A DNA stretch of 64,000 nt. It comes from the human T2T-CHM13v2.0 reference genome, Homo sapiens. The translations under genes and the position numbers were made by a program. Below, piece by piece: positions 63,663-64,000 of this stretch. The DNA is taken from the NCBI RefSeq assembly GCF_009914755.1, contig NC_060940.1. One strand, written 5' to 3'. Positions within the stretch are counted from its first letter, which is position 1, and every line of letters starts with the position of its first letter. Under the pieces are notes generated by a model. That model saw only the letters and a list, made by a program, of their open reading frames with translations, made no database searches and was not told where the DNA came from.

Positions 63663-64000
63663 TTAAGAAGCCAGTTTGAATTTCTGTATTCTTTTGATAA
63701 CAAAGTGAATAACCAAACAGGATTTCCTGTTCAATATCTGGCCCCTGTTCACTGAAAGCATAAATACCAAAATACTGACATTCAGAGTCTGCTATTTGTC
63801 CCACTGGGATCTCCCGCAACATAGCCACAGGGTCATATTTGTTAATTTTTTTTTTAATACCAGTTACAAATGCTTTAGTCTTTGGAGTAAGATGTTGCAT
63901 ATTTTGCCTTTCATTTTCCCCTTCGACGATAACGCTTAGGCCCCTCACCAAACTCTCAGTAACCATGGTAACTGTATACAAACCCATGCTGGCGATGGTG

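Noticed and set aside
63620-63664. Rho-independent terminator (hairpin plus T-run)
   Set aside because: The context is a vertebrate Pol II intron; it is kept only as an inverted repeat.

Overview
Primate (human or great-ape-like) genomic DNA lying entirely within the RBFOX1 (A2BP1/Fox-1) gene on the + strand. The first ~47 kb is the 3' part of a very long intron. Three coding exons follow (47262-47405, 54730-54783, 63043-63135). They encode the linker and most of the RRM (...[23 protein letters not shown] | QFGKILDVEIIFNERGSK | [31 protein letters not shown]). The rest is intron: about 30 Alus, L1/L2/MIR relics, MaLR and ERVL LTRs, one MER41 LTR, hAT and Tigger DNA-transposon relics, and simple repeats. 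Nearly all ORFs in the supplied track are spurious. The strongest regulatory signal is a dense array of RBFOX's own binding motif (TGCATG) built into both splice sites of the 93-nt RRM exon, which matches known RBFOX autoregulation. Less expected candidates are: an L2 tail converted into a triple TGCATG cluster upstream of the 144-nt exon, a possible 21-nt microexon or recursive splice site, a MER41 LTR with two intact GAS sites, a TA-rich VNTR bracketed by a 16-bp direct repeat, and a perfect hairpin downstream of the RRM exon. I cannot support a wholly new gene system here. Repeat names and boundaries are from recognition by eye and are approximate.
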